Below are positions 49,099 through 58,566 of a stretch of DNA of 64,000 nucleotides, in pieces. The stretch is from Candidatus Latescibacterota bacterium (GTDB lineage: Bacteria > Latescibacterota > UBA2968 > UBA8231), in the NCBI GenBank assembly GCA_965243025.1, contig CBDETY010000003.1, positions 3,808,001-3,872,000 on the forward strand, read 5' to 3'. The position numbers and the translations under genes are program-made. Under the pieces are notes generated by a model, which was not told the DNA's origin, made no database searches, and worked only from the letters and a program-made list of their open reading frames with translations. Each line of letters opens with the position of its first letter. Within the stretch, counting starts at the first letter, position 1.

Positions 49099-49992
49099 TC
49101 ACCCCACGTACCGTTGCGGCTCCTTGAACACCTCCTCCCGGTGCCACAACAAATTCGCTCGCGCGGGTCGGTAATCCGGATGTTGGGGCCCAAGGAGGGG
49201 CTTTCCGTTAAACCCCATGACCCATTCTGCGAATCCAGAAACGCCGTACACTTGCTGAGAAACGCGGACCGTCAGGTCTTTGTTCTCCACCGTCATCGCA
49301 CCCCGGTCAAACAGCTTGTGATGCATTACGCATAGGGCAAGACCGTTAGGCTCGTCGTCGGTGCCCCCGTACTGATGCCATCGGATATGCGCCGCTTCCA
49401 ACCCGATATCCTTGTGTCCGAGCTTCGCCTGAAAACCGCAAATGGCACAACGATGCTCATAAGCCATAAGAAGAAGTTCGCGAAAAGCCCGATTTCGAGG
49501 CTTTCTGTACCCTCCTCCGAAATCTGGCGACATGCCGACCGCGTCAAGGATGTCGTCGTGGAGCGACTCCGGGAAGTGTTCCTGCAGTAGGTTGTTCGCT
49601 ACTTCGTGGAGCAAGCCCCTTTCCATGCACAGGCTCTCAAAAACCTCCTCGGGCAGGCGGCCAATCGCACCTGTCAACGGCGGAGGATCTCCTGTCCGGT
49701 CCTTCGGAACGAGCTCGCCGTCGAGCACCACTTCCCATAGGTCGTCCTTCCGTAAATACCAGAACGGGTACTCCGGGTGGACCGAGGATCCGGGCGGAAC
49801 GGGCGGTCCGAATTCCCTCAGCAGGCTACTGAGGACAGGATCTACCTGCGCGTAGGTAAGGTCACGGATACCGTTCTCGGCCTGCGCCAAGGCATAAAGC
49901 AACAGCAGCGGCTTGTGTGGTGCCCGTTTCTCGCCGCTACTCCACACCTTGATTCCGCCAACGCGCTTAAGGATCTCCTCTCGGGTCAACAT
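49099..49992 (-). CDS. SBD-HNH phosphorothioated-DNA-binding restriction endonuclease-like protein
   Basis: RAPHKPLLLL and PEYPFWYL (sulfur-binding domain motifs); CAICG, LEAAHIRW, NGLALCVMHHKLFDRG. Confidence 0.85.
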   Translation of the reverse strand: MLTREEILKRVGGIKVWSSGEKRAPHKPLLLLYALAQAENGIRDLTYAQVDPVLSSLLREFGPPVPPGSSVHPEYPFWYLRKDDLWEVVLDGELVPKDRTGDPPPLTGAIGRLPEEVFESLCMERGLLHEVANNLLQEHFPESLHDDILDAVGMSPDFGGGYRKPRNRAFRELLLMAYEHRCAICGFQAKLGHKDIGLEAAHIRWHQYGGTDDEPNGLALCVMHHKLFDRGAMTVENKDLTVRVSQQVYGVSGFAEWVMGFNGKPLLGPQHPDYRPARANLLWHREEVFKEPQRYVG

Positions 49993-49995
49993 CCC

Positions 49996-50937
49996 TCACC
50001 CAACCGCGCGGAAACGCTCGTAGCGCCATGCCAGCCGCTCAGGATCCGGTTTCCACTCCGACTGCCGGGGCAACTGGATCCGCTGTCCATGCATGCCCTG
50101 CAGCCCGTGGCGGAGCATCGGGCCGTCCGACTCCTCGCGGATGTCCTCACGCACTTCCACCCGATAGTCCGCAGTGATGCCGACGAAGTGCCGGTCGAAG
50201 GCGGCGTGGTGCAGCTTGCACAGGGCCAGCCCGTTGTTCACAACCGGCTCGCCCCCGGGCTCCTTGTCCGGAATGATGTGGGCCGCATCCAGCAACTCCT
50301 CGTGGCGCAGCCTGCAGAAGGTGCACTGCCGTTGGTAGGCAATCAGCACCCGCTGGCGAAAGCCTTCCTGATGCACCCGCTGCTGAAACTCGCGCGTCAC
50401 CCACAACCGCCGTCCCTCCTCGCGGGCAGTATCGGTGCCCCAGGCTTCGCCCGTCCGGTCCGCCAGCCCGAAGTCAACGGTCGAGGCGGCGTCGACCGCC
50501 ACGTGAAAGGTCAGGTCCGCAGGATTGTCCTGGACAACAAAAACGGGCCAGGCAGCAACGTATTTGCCCTTGTCGATTCCGTGGAAGTAGACCAGGGGCA
50601 CCCTCTCGAGCATTGCCTGCCGCAGCCCTTCATTGTCGCGATGGGCGGGGTCGGTGCCGCGGTATTTGTAGCGAAGAAGGTCGCCTGATATGGAATCCTC
50701 GTACGGCCCCAACGGTGCCGTCGTGATTGACAAGGGGAGTCTCATTGCGCGGGGCTTGAAGATGCCCTGCGGACCAAGAAGGTGAATTTGCCGGCCGTCG
50801 CGCTCGAACCCCCGGGAGAGGATCGAACGAGGCAGCACATCACCATGGATCTCCACCTGCTCTGTGAGCCAGGAGAAAACCTGATGGCGAATGCGAATAT
50901 CTGACTGGTTCGTTGCCACTGCTGACGGGATTCTCAA
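49996..50937 (-). CDS. HNH endonuclease with N-terminal SRA-like domain (putative type IV restriction)
   Basis: GIFKP..LSITT..PYED..YKYRGTD..N..LRQAM..PLVYF; C-terminal CTFC, LDAAHII, NGLALCKLHHAAFD. Confidence 0.82.
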   Translation of the reverse strand: MRIPSAVATNQSDIRIRHQVFSWLTEQVEIHGDVLPRSILSRGFERDGRQIHLLGPQGIFKPRAMRLPLSITTAPLGPYEDSISGDLLRYKYRGTDPAHRDNEGLRQAMLERVPLVYFHGIDKGKYVAAWPVFVVQDNPADLTFHVAVDAASTVDFGLADRTGEAWGTDTAREEGRRLWVTREFQQRVHQEGFRQRVLIAYQRQCTFCRLRHEELLDAAHIIPDKEPGGEPVVNNGLALCKLHHAAFDRHFVGITADYRVEVREDIREESDGPMLRHGLQGMHGQRIQLPRQSEWKPDPERLAWRYERFRAVG

Positions 50938-51251
50938 ACAGCAAGCGCTGTCCTGGCCATTGGGTGGGATACATCCCTGGTCGGGCCAACCAAGGATAGT
51001 GTGGGGACCTCGGTCCCACCATCATTTCCCGCGCAGCCGGGAAACCGTCTGATCTGGAAGGCTGAACTCGAACCATGATCCCTATCTTCCTGTCCTCGGA
51101 AATTCGTCGAAATCGGATCCCACCTGCTGCGGGCGGAAAACCCCCATCGTGATTCTTTGATGATGACAATCGGCCACCTCGACAGTGTCGACGGCCCATT
51201 GCGACGTCCGGCTGCGCCAGTTTTGCCGATCGGTGCGCCAGGTTGCGGGCA

Positions 51252-52184
51252 ATGAAAGGGGACCTCCGCTACTCGCTGTACGTCCTCGCCTCGGCCGCGT
51301 CCGCGGCGGCAGGACTGCTGCTCACCGAGATCGCCCTGAACTTCTACCCGGCGACCACCCTGCAGATCGCCTTCCTGGCGAACATCGTCGGGGGGATCTT
51401 CCTGCTGCTCCCCTACCTCCGCGGCGGCTTTCCCTGGCGGGGCTGGCCCGCGTCTGACTGGCTGCGCTTCGCCGTCTCGGCGGCGGCGATCTATGCGGCC
51501 GGGTTCGTGGTGCTGTTCGCCGCCATCGCCCGCGTCGGCTCCAGCAAGGTGATCCTGCTCAGCCGCGTCGAGACGATCTTCGTCGTCGTCCTCGCCGTGA
51601 TCTTCCTCGGGGAACGCTGGTCGGGCCGCCACTGGTTCGCCTCCTTTCTGGCGCTCGGCGGGGCGACCTTGATCAGCTTCGATCCCGGGGTGCTGCAGCC
51701 AACGCTCTCCTGGGGGGACGGCCTGACCCTGCTCGCCGCCTTCCTGGTGGCCGCCGGCATCGTCATCCTCAAGCCGCTGCTGGTGCGGCGGGACCCCCGC
51801 TTCGTAACCGGGCTCGGGCTGCTCGCCGGCGCCTTATGCCTGGGGCCGTTCCTCTACGCCGACAGCAGCCTCCCGGCGGGGGCTTCCCTGGTAACCGCGC
51901 CGCTGTTTCTGCTGCTGATCGCGATCCGCGGGCTGATGCTGGGGATATCGTGGGCGACCTACAACGCGGCAATGAGGCAGATCGGCGCTTCCCGCTGCGC
52001 CGTGCTCTTCCTGTCGGTCTCGTTCCTGACCGTGGCCCTGCAGGTGTTCGTCGACGCCGCCGCCCCCGGCCTGGGGCTGCGGGTTCCCGACAGCCTGGCC
52101 ACCGCGGTTGCCGGCGGCATCGTCATCTCGGTTGCGGTGGCCCTGGTGCAGCGCGACCCGGACGGGAGCTCCGGCGAGGCCTGA
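51252..52184 (+). CDS. DMT/EamA family transporter
   Basis: About 10 TM helices, LAVIFLGERW, GDGLTLLAA. Confidence 0.85.
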   Translation: MKGDLRYSLYVLASAASAAAGLLLTEIALNFYPATTLQIAFLANIVGGIFLLLPYLRGGFPWRGWPASDWLRFAVSAAAIYAAGFVVLFAAIARVGSSKVILLSRVETIFVVVLAVIFLGERWSGRHWFASFLALGGATLISFDPGVLQPTLSWGDGLTLLAAFLVAAGIVILKPLLVRRDPRFVTGLGLLAGALCLGPFLYADSSLPAGASLVTAPLFLLLIAIRGLMLGISWATYNAAMRQIGASRCAVLFLSVSFLTVALQVFVDAAAPGLGLRVPDSLATAVAGGIVISVAVALVQRDPDGSSGEA

Positions 52185-52321
52185 AACCTCGGTGAGCCCT
52201 CCGGGGGGCCGGCCGGTCCCGCGGGACCTTTGGGATCACCATGGCCCTGATCGCCCGGGGCCATCACGGATCGAGGTGGCGAACACTTCGGATGTTCAGG
52301 GGAACTGGCGTGTCGTTGCCC

Positions 52322-52735
52322 TTACGATTCCCAGGGGTTCCCGTCGTCGAGGTGGCAGGTGACGACCGCGGCGACCAGCTCCTCCTCACCGACCGCCTCG
52401 ATGTCGTGCTCGACGCCGGGGGGCATGTAGGCGGAGCCGCCGGGGCCGACCGTCGCTTCCTCCTCCCCCACCCTGATCCTCGCCTGTCCCGAAAAGACGT
52501 AGTAGCACTGCTCCCAGGACTCGTGGCTGTGGCTGCCGTGCGCCTTGCCGGGGGGCCAGGTGTGGACGGAGAGCTGAATCCGCTGCGTCGGAAACTGGTT
52601 CAGCTCCCTGCCGGTCTTCTCCGGGCCATAGATCTCCGGGGGCCCGGCAATGATGGTGGAGAACCCCTCCGGCTCGGGGCGGTGCAGAAAACCGGCGAAC
52701 GGCGCGAGATCTTCGGGGGTGTGGATGTGGTTCAT
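52322..52735 (-). CDS. Cupin domain protein
   Basis: HSHESWEQCYYVFSG, GPGGSAYMPPGVEH. Confidence 0.88.
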   Translation of the reverse strand: MNHIHTPEDLAPFAGFLHRPEPEGFSTIIAGPPEIYGPEKTGRELNQFPTQRIQLSVHTWPPGKAHGSHSHESWEQCYYVFSGQARIRVGEEEATVGPGGSAYMPPGVEHDIEAVGEEELVAAVVTCHLDDGNPWES

Positions 52736-53113
52736 GGGTTTCCCTTTCGGTTGCCGGCCGATGTTGATCCGATCTAGCCGGAATGGTCCCGAATCAGGCG
52801 GTGCCGCGAGAAGCGAGCTTGAAGAGGTGGTTTTGCACCCCGATCATCAGGAGAAAGAGGAATACGGCGCTGAAAAGCTGCGGCCCTTCCAACCCGCCCC
52901 CGGTCCGAGAAGCGAGGGAGCCAGACAGGCAGGATGAAGCTGCTGCCGAACACCGGATCCCGGGCATGCAGGAACGTATATTCAGGCGGTCGCCGGAGTA
53001 ATCTTCCGGCTCTCCCGATCCGCCTGTCCACAACCCCGGCCGGCATGGCATAGGGCGTGTACCCCCGGCACCCGGCCAACGGGCAATCCCTTCATCGACC
53101 TTCGACCTTCGCA

Positions 53114-53500
53114 ATGACTCGGTACGGACTCCTTCTCGGGGCCGCCCTCCTCGCCTCGAGCTGCGGCAACGGGCCTCAGGATGCGGATGACGCCGCCCCC
53201 CCGGCGGAAAAGGTCCCGGCCATGACGGCCGCTGAAGAGACCGCGGCCAAGGCGAACTACGCCAACCTCTGCGCCCACTGCCACGGCGAGAACCTGGATG
53301 GGGGCCGCAGCAAGAGCCTCGTCGACGGGATCTGGATGTACGGAGAAGATGACGGGCGCATCCGCCAGAACATCGCCGCCGGCATCCCGAGGGCCGGCAT
53401 GCCAGGCTTCGGAACCCTCATCGACGGAGCCGAGCTCGACGGAATGGTGGCTCTGATCAGGAAGGCGGAGGCGGAAAGCCGGCAGGACCAGGGAAACTAA
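53114..53500 (+). CDS. Small c-type cytochrome lipoprotein
   Basis: Lipobox LASSC, heme motif CAHCH, distal GMPGF. Confidence 0.85.
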   Translation: MTRYGLLLGAALLASSCGNGPQDADDAAPPAEKVPAMTAAEETAAKANYANLCAHCHGENLDGGRSKSLVDGIWMYGEDDGRIRQNIAAGIPRAGMPGFGTLIDGAELDGMVALIRKAEAESRQDQGN

Positions 53501-53565
53501 GGGGGCGACGGGCATTCCCGGAGGTTGCCCGAGGAATGGAGCTGCACAGGATGTTGCTGGGCAAT

Positions 53566-53666
53566 TAGAATTGCGCCGAGGTTCCGCCCGTTGTCAGGTT
53601 CGCTTGCCGGTGGGGGACCGCCCTCGTGACTTGGCCGCCGGGTTTCATCCCCCGGCGGTTTTTTTT
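53566..53666 (+). repeat. Left copy of ~100-nt structured direct repeat with intrinsic terminator (candidate ncRNA)
   Basis: TAGAATTGCGC...GCCCGTTGTCAGG..GCTTGCCGGTGGGGGACCGCC...CCGCCGGGTTTCATCCCCCGGCGG-T8. Confidence 0.8.
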
Positions 53667-53773
53667 GCCTTGACGCTATCCATTGATCGTCCTGCGCCGT
53701 CTTGCATTGGAGGGGTCGCGATGGTGCCCCATGCAACTTTCCCCGGTCATGCCAAGAGCCGAAGGAATACCAG

Positions 53774-54655
53774 ATGGCGAGCTTCGATACCATCTCCAAG
53801 TACCTGGTCCAAACCTATCCCGGCGATTTCGCCCGCCTCATCCTGGGAAAGGAGGAGGTCGAAGTCCTCGAGCTTCTCGACAACGAGCAGCCCACCCCGC
53901 AAACCTTTCGCACCGACAGCCTGATCCGCGTACGCCTGGGCGGCGAAGAGGTGTTGATCCATACCGAATTCCAGACCACCGACAGCACCCGGGTGCCCAT
54001 GCCGCGACGCATAGCCGGCTACATTGGTCGCCTCCTTGAACGCCATGACCTGCCGGTCTGTTCCAGCGTCCTCTACCTGCGGCCGGAGGCAGGGAGGCGC
54101 GATCCGGGGTACTTTCTGCAGGAACGACGGGGCCATCGCATTCTGGTCGAGTACCGGGTGATCCGGCTGATCGAGCAGGAAGGCCAGGGGATTCTCGAGG
54201 CGGGGACTCCGGGGCTGCTTCCGTTCGCGCCGCTGATGAAGCCGCCGCCCAGGCTGCCGCCCGAAGCGTGGCTGCGCCAGTGCATGCAGGCCGCCCGCGA
54301 ACTGCCGGTGGACCGGTCGGCCCGGGCAGACCTGCTCTCCGGCCTGTCGATTCTCAGCGGTCTGGTTTACGAGGCCGATACCGTTTCTGACATTATCTCC
54401 AAGGAGGGCATCATGGACAACATCATGCGGGAATCATCCTTTGCTCAACTCCTCACCCGGCAGGCCAGGGAGGAAGGCCTCCGGGAAAGCATCCGCGACG
54501 TGCTGGAGATTCGCTTTGCCGTAGATGCCGCCCACCCCTTGGCCTCCCGCCTGGAGGCCATCGATGACTTGCACCGCCTCAAGCATTTGCACCGGACGGC
54601 GATCCAAGTGGCCAGCCTGGAGGAATTCCGGCGCTTGGTAGAAACCGGGGAATAG
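53774..54655 (+). CDS. Rpn/YhgA-like PD-(D/E)XK nuclease (putative transposase / toxin)
   Basis: FDTISKYL, RTDSLI, LIHTEFQT, MPRRIAGY, LLPFAPL; C-terminal VLEIRF...IDDLHRLKHLHRTAIQVASLEEF. Confidence 0.85.
   Translation: MASFDTISKYLVQTYPGDFARLILGKEEVEVLELLDNEQPTPQTFRTDSLIRVRLGGEEVLIHTEFQTTDSTRVPMPRRIAGYIGRLLERHDLPVCSSVLYLRPEAGRRDPGYFLQERRGHRILVEYRVIRLIEQEGQGILEAGTPGLLPFAPLMKPPPRLPPEAWLRQCMQAARELPVDRSARADLLSGLSILSGLVYEADTVSDIISKEGIMDNIMRESSFAQLLTRQAREEGLRESIRDVLEIRFAVDAAHPLASRLEAIDDLHRLKHLHRTAIQVASLEEFRRLVETGE
54413..54655 (+). CDS. Putative nested small C-terminal protein (RpnS-like antitoxin), 80 aa
   Basis: In-frame ATG at 54413 preceded by AAGGAGG (54401-54407) with 5-nt spacing. Confidence 0.6.
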   Translation: MDNIMRESSFAQLLTRQAREEGLRESIRDVLEIRFAVDAAHPLASRLEAIDDLHRLKHLHRTAIQVASLEEFRRLVETGE

Positions 54656-54709
54656 GATCCTCCTTTTCGGGCCTGCCAGTTCGCCAAGGGCCGGAAGGGG
54701 CTGCTGAAA

Positions 54710-54809
54710 TAGAAGTGCGCGGGCGGAACGCCCGCTGTCAGGCGCTTGCCGGCGGGGAACCGCCGTTGTGAACAAGGCCGCCGGGGTTCATCCCCCGGCG
54801 GTTTTTTTT
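54710..54809 (+). repeat. Right copy of ~100-nt structured direct repeat with intrinsic terminator (candidate ncRNA)
   Basis: TAGAAGTGCGC...GCCCGCTGTCAGGCGCTTGCCGGCGGGGAACCGCC...CCGCCGGGGTTCATCCCCCGGCGG-T8. Confidence 0.8.
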
Positions 54810-54892
54810 ATTCTGCAGCAACCGGGCAAGGCAATACCGGCAGCTCATCAACCCTACCTTTTCGGCAGGCCCCCCCCTCCAGCCGGCTCCCC

Positions 54893-56053
54893 TCACACGG
54901 CGTCCTGCCTGAGCCAGAAGAGCGGCAGCGGGCACCAGGACTCCAGCACCGCCGCCTCCTTCGGCAACCGAAGCGAGTGCGAGGGCGCCAGCGGCCCGAA
55001 CAGCAGCCGGTGGGCGAGATGGTGTCGGCAGGAGACGGCCGGCTTCTCCTCCACCTGTTCGCACGAGACCTCCCCGCCGTCCACCGAGACTGCCACCGTC
55101 CCGCAGCCCTCTATGCCGAGGGTCACCCGCCCGTCCGCCAGCGGGGCGCCGCAAGGGTCTGCCGCCCTGGCCGCCAGCAGCGCGGAGATCACCCGGGGCC
55201 AGTCGAACACCTGCCAGTTCCCCGAGCTGCGCACCGCCGCCGCTTCGCAGACCTCCCCGAGCCGGTGGAGGAAGCGGTCCGCCAACGGCCCCGCGGTAAG
55301 GGTGACGCTCTCCTGATCCCCCTGCTCGACCCGGGCGCGGGCGATCTCGAACGCCGTGTCCCCGTCCCGGCCCACCACCTCGGGCAGCTCTTTCCCGTCG
55401 AGGCTGACAACGACGTAGCCGATCAGCTCGCCCTCCTCGAGGGCGGCGTACGGGACGGCGCGCCAGCTGCGCAGCACTCTGTGGAAATCCCCGGCTGAGC
55501 GCTCCGCCCGCACCGGCTGCGCGTCGTGAAGCGCCCGGGCCTCCTCCAGGCGTCCGGCATGTCCGTCATCCAGCGGCTCGAACCGGATGTTCGAGGGCGC
55601 GCTGAAACTGTGCCGGAGGTTGCGCTTGCCCAGCTGCACCTCGACCTCGACGCCGCACACTTCGTAGCCGAAGTACCCGTAGCGCTGGCGCTGGCCGCCG
55701 AGAACGGAGAGCGGGTACCCCTGCTCCTTCATGAGGCCGACGCAGTGGGTCATCAGGCGCTGCATCATCCCCTGGCCGCGGCAGTCGGGATGGGTCGAGA
55801 CCCCGCCGATTCCGGCGACTGGCAGGGTCGCGGCCCCCACTTTCCAGGCGAGTGGATGAACGCCGACGACGGCCTTGATGCGGCCGCCGCGGCGAAGCGC
55901 CCACAAACAGGACATCAGGCCGTCGTCGGGGCCGTAGAGCTTGGGGAGGATACTGGCGAAATCGGCCGGGTGCGACTTTTCGAAAGCGAGGTTCATCACC
56001 GCCATGGCCTCGTCGAAGTCGGCGGCCGCAAGCGGTGCGATGCTGTCGCTCAT
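54893..56053 (-). CDS. GNAT acetyltransferase, Eis-like
   Basis: IGGVSTHPDCRGQGMM, RYGYFGYE; SCP2-like C-terminus. Confidence 0.85.
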   Translation of the reverse strand: MSDSIAPLAAADFDEAMAVMNLAFEKSHPADFASILPKLYGPDDGLMSCLWALRRGGRIKAVVGVHPLAWKVGAATLPVAGIGGVSTHPDCRGQGMMQRLMTHCVGLMKEQGYPLSVLGGQRQRYGYFGYEVCGVEVEVQLGKRNLRHSFSAPSNIRFEPLDDGHAGRLEEARALHDAQPVRAERSAGDFHRVLRSWRAVPYAALEEGELIGYVVVSLDGKELPEVVGRDGDTAFEIARARVEQGDQESVTLTAGPLADRFLHRLGEVCEAAAVRSSGNWQVFDWPRVISALLAARAADPCGAPLADGRVTLGIEGCGTVAVSVDGGEVSCEQVEEKPAVSCRHHLAHRLLFGPLAPSHSLRLPKEAAVLESWCPLPLFWLRQDAV

Positions 56054-56245
56054 GGTCCGGCCTTTGCAGCGCGGCGCTGCCAGCGCCTGGTTACAGTTGC
56101 TTACTGGTGAGGGGAAGCCAGCGCCGGAAACCCGCCAAAACTGCCACGGAAACGGCTCTTCCTTGCGCTGCAAGTTTCCGTCGGAAAGGACGGTCCCGAA
56201 CCGGGCCGCAGAAGCTCCCGGATTCTCGGACGAACCGCGGGAGGC

Positions 56246-56893
56246 TCAGAGGCCGGCGACCTTCACCCCGGTGCCGGCGAGCTGCTCCTCGACGTGGGCG
56301 ACGCAGTCCGCGACCGATTTGAAGGGATGCCCCGGATACGCCTCGAGGCTGAACTCGAGATCGTTGGGCCCGAAGGCGACCATGTCGATGCCGGGCTTGG
56401 CGAGGTGCCTGGCGTTGGTCACGGCGTTCACCGACTCGAGCTGGACTATGAGTATGCCGGTTTCGTTCCACCACCTCGCGTACTCCAGGCGCTCGCGGCC
56501 GTCGAACTTGTAGCCGTGGGCCGGACCCCAGCTGCGTTTGCCGAGCGGCGGGTAGTAGAAGGCGTCTATCGCCTCGTCGATGGTCTCCTCGGTCTCGACC
56601 TGGGGCACCATGATGGCCATCGGTCCGAGGTCGAGGTAGTTGCCGATGAGGAAGGCGTGGCGGGTGTGTTTGATGCGCAGCTGCACCGGGATGTCGAGCT
56701 CCCGGGCGGCGGCGCAGAAGGAGACCAGGCTCTCTTCGTCGTACGGGGCGTGCTGCGCGTCGGTCGAGAACAGCTCGACTTCTCCCCCGGCGGCGAGCTC
56801 CTCGAGCTGTTGCCGGGTGGAGGTGAGCGGAGCCCGGGCCGTGGCGATGTCGCCGCCCCGGTGAAGTCGCTGTTTCAGGGTATCTTCCGGCAT
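56246..56893 (-). CDS. HpcH/HpaI aldolase family protein
   Basis: DAQH, LDLGPMAIMVPQVET, YPPLGKRSWG, QLES, FGPNDL. Confidence 0.88.
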   Translation of the reverse strand: MPEDTLKQRLHRGGDIATARAPLTSTRQQLEELAAGGEVELFSTDAQHAPYDEESLVSFCAAARELDIPVQLRIKHTRHAFLIGNYLDLGPMAIMVPQVETEETIDEAIDAFYYPPLGKRSWGPAHGYKFDGRERLEYARWWNETGILIVQLESVNAVTNARHLAKPGIDMVAFGPNDLEFSLEAYPGHPFKSVADCVAHVEEQLAGTGVKVAGL

Positions 56894-57022
56894 GGCCTTC
56901 TCCTTCTCAGTGAGAGGAAACGGGCAGGGGCTGCGAACCTCGTGCCCTGTCCCATCGATATCCTGCCGTTCGCCGCCGATTCACTCCGGCTCGCGGCGTT
57001 GTTTTCGCTCCCCCTGCACCCC

Positions 57023-57934
57023 TCAGCGGGCGACGCCGAAATCCGCTTCGAACTCCTCCCAGATCGCCTCGGGAAGTTCGGCGGTCGCGGACTCCACGGC
57101 GCTTTCGACCTCTTCCAGGCTGCCCGGCCCCGGCAGGACGATGCTGTCGACCGGCGCGGCGAGGCAGAACTGGATCGCCAGGTGGCGGATGTCGACGTCT
57201 CTCTCGTCGCACCACTCGAGCATGCGGGCGACCCGCGGTTTCATGCCCGGCAACTTGCGCTCCTCCTCCGAGACGGGCGGCACCTCGCCGGTGAGCAGGC
57301 CCATCCCCAGCGGGCTGGCGAGCTGTACGCCGACGTCGTGGTCGCGGCAGACCGGAAACATCCTGTCGAGTGCCGCCTGGGTCAGCAGGTTGTACTCGAG
57401 ATAGGTGAGCACGACTTCTATATGGCCGGTGGAGATGGCGCGCTCCATGACCGCGTCGGAGCGGGCGCCGATGCCGATGTGCTTCAGCTTGCCCTCCTCC
57501 TTCATCTTCACCAGCTCGTCGAGGGCGTTTCCGGGGGCCAGCGGGTCGAGCATCTCGTGCGACGGGAGATCGTCCGGCTGGTCGTACCCGTGAATCAGCA
57601 CGGCGTCGAGGTAGTCGGTCCGCAGCTGCCGCAGGCTGTCCTCGAGACTGGCGCGGGTGGCCGACGCCGAGTGATCGGATTTCCGCTGCGTCATGCGGCT
57701 GACCTTCGCCTGCAGGTAGACCTTTTCCCGCCTTCCTCCGGACAGCGCCTTGCCCCAGCGCTCCTCGTCCTGGCCGGGATAGGTGTCGAAGAAGTTGATC
57801 CCCAGCTCCAGGGCCCGGTGGATCGCCGTGATGGTTTCCCGGTCCGTGCTCCGGCCCCACCAGGCCGCACCCAGCCCTATCGAGTTCGGGCGCATTTCCG
57901 TGCTGCCCAGACGGCGCTCTTCGAGTGCAGGCAT
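57023..57934 (-). CDS. Aldo/keto reductase
   Basis: RRLGST, ALELGINFFDT, SLRQLRTDYLDAVLIH, SPLGMGLL. Confidence 0.9.
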   Translation of the reverse strand: MPALEERRLGSTEMRPNSIGLGAAWWGRSTDRETITAIHRALELGINFFDTYPGQDEERWGKALSGGRREKVYLQAKVSRMTQRKSDHSASATRASLEDSLRQLRTDYLDAVLIHGYDQPDDLPSHEMLDPLAPGNALDELVKMKEEGKLKHIGIGARSDAVMERAISTGHIEVVLTYLEYNLLTQAALDRMFPVCRDHDVGVQLASPLGMGLLTGEVPPVSEEERKLPGMKPRVARMLEWCDERDVDIRHLAIQFCLAAPVDSIVLPGPGSLEEVESAVESATAELPEAIWEEFEADFGVAR

Positions 57935-58095
57935 GGGATCGTTGGGGATTTATGTGATGGGGATTTTGCGAAAATCGCGAAATGCGAAGACGTAAAGTAA
58001 AGGGCCTGAAGGCGCTTCCGTCAAACCCGGGAATTGGTTCCCGTTCACCCTCAGGTTTAGCTTAAACAGCCCCTTGGAACGGTTTCTGCCGCTTC

Positions 58096-58566
58096 GTGAC
58101 AACGAACCGCAACAGCCCGCGCCTGTGGATCATCCCCCTGATTCTGGCCGCCTGCCAGCAGGAGGAGCGGCCGCCGCTGGTGATCGAGGTGACCGGCGAC
58201 GACTACTACTGGCACCTGCGTTACCCCGGGCCCGACCGGGTGCTGCACACCGCGGACGACGTCGCCGCGGTGAGCGACCTGCACGTGCCTGCCGGCGAAG
58301 CCGTGGAGGTCAGGTTGACCAGCGCCGATTTCCTCTACTTGTTCGCCCTCCCCGAGCTCGGGCTGTCGCAGGTTGCGGTTCCCGATCTCTGGTTTTCGCT
58401 CTCGCTGCAACCGGATACGGAAAGGACCTACCGGCTCGAAGGGGACCAGATGTGCGGCTTCAGCCACGACTCACTCATGGGAACCGTGTACGTGCATTCG
58501 CCGAACGACTTCGACGACTGGATGCGGCGCACCGACGGGGAGGAGGAGGTGGGGGAACTGCAATGA
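58096..58566 (+). CDS. Cupredoxin (CoxII-like) lipoprotein with degenerate CuA site
   Basis: Lipobox ILAAC, YWHLRYPG, LHVPAG, LTSADFLY, QMCGFSHDSLM. Confidence 0.75.
   Translation: MTTNRNSPRLWIIPLILAACQQEERPPLVIEVTGDDYYWHLRYPGPDRVLHTADDVAAVSDLHVPAGEAVEVRLTSADFLYLFALPELGLSQVAVPDLWFSLSLQPDTERTYRLEGDQMCGFSHDSLMGTVYVHSPNDFDDWMRRTDGEEEVGELQ

Noticed and set aside
52794-53114. Minus-strand 106-aa ORF with a hydrophobic C-terminus
   Set aside because: No clear RBS or family motif; it may be a fragment or spurious.
54684-54705. CCAAGGGCCGGAAGGGGCTGC resembling the SRP RNA domain IV loop
   Set aside because: The stem around GGAA does not pair properly, AGCAG is absent and there is no long flanking helix.
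58096-58566. Cytochrome c oxidase subunit II of a respiratory oxidase operon
   Set aside because: No TM helices, incomplete CuA ligands and no subunit I nearby.
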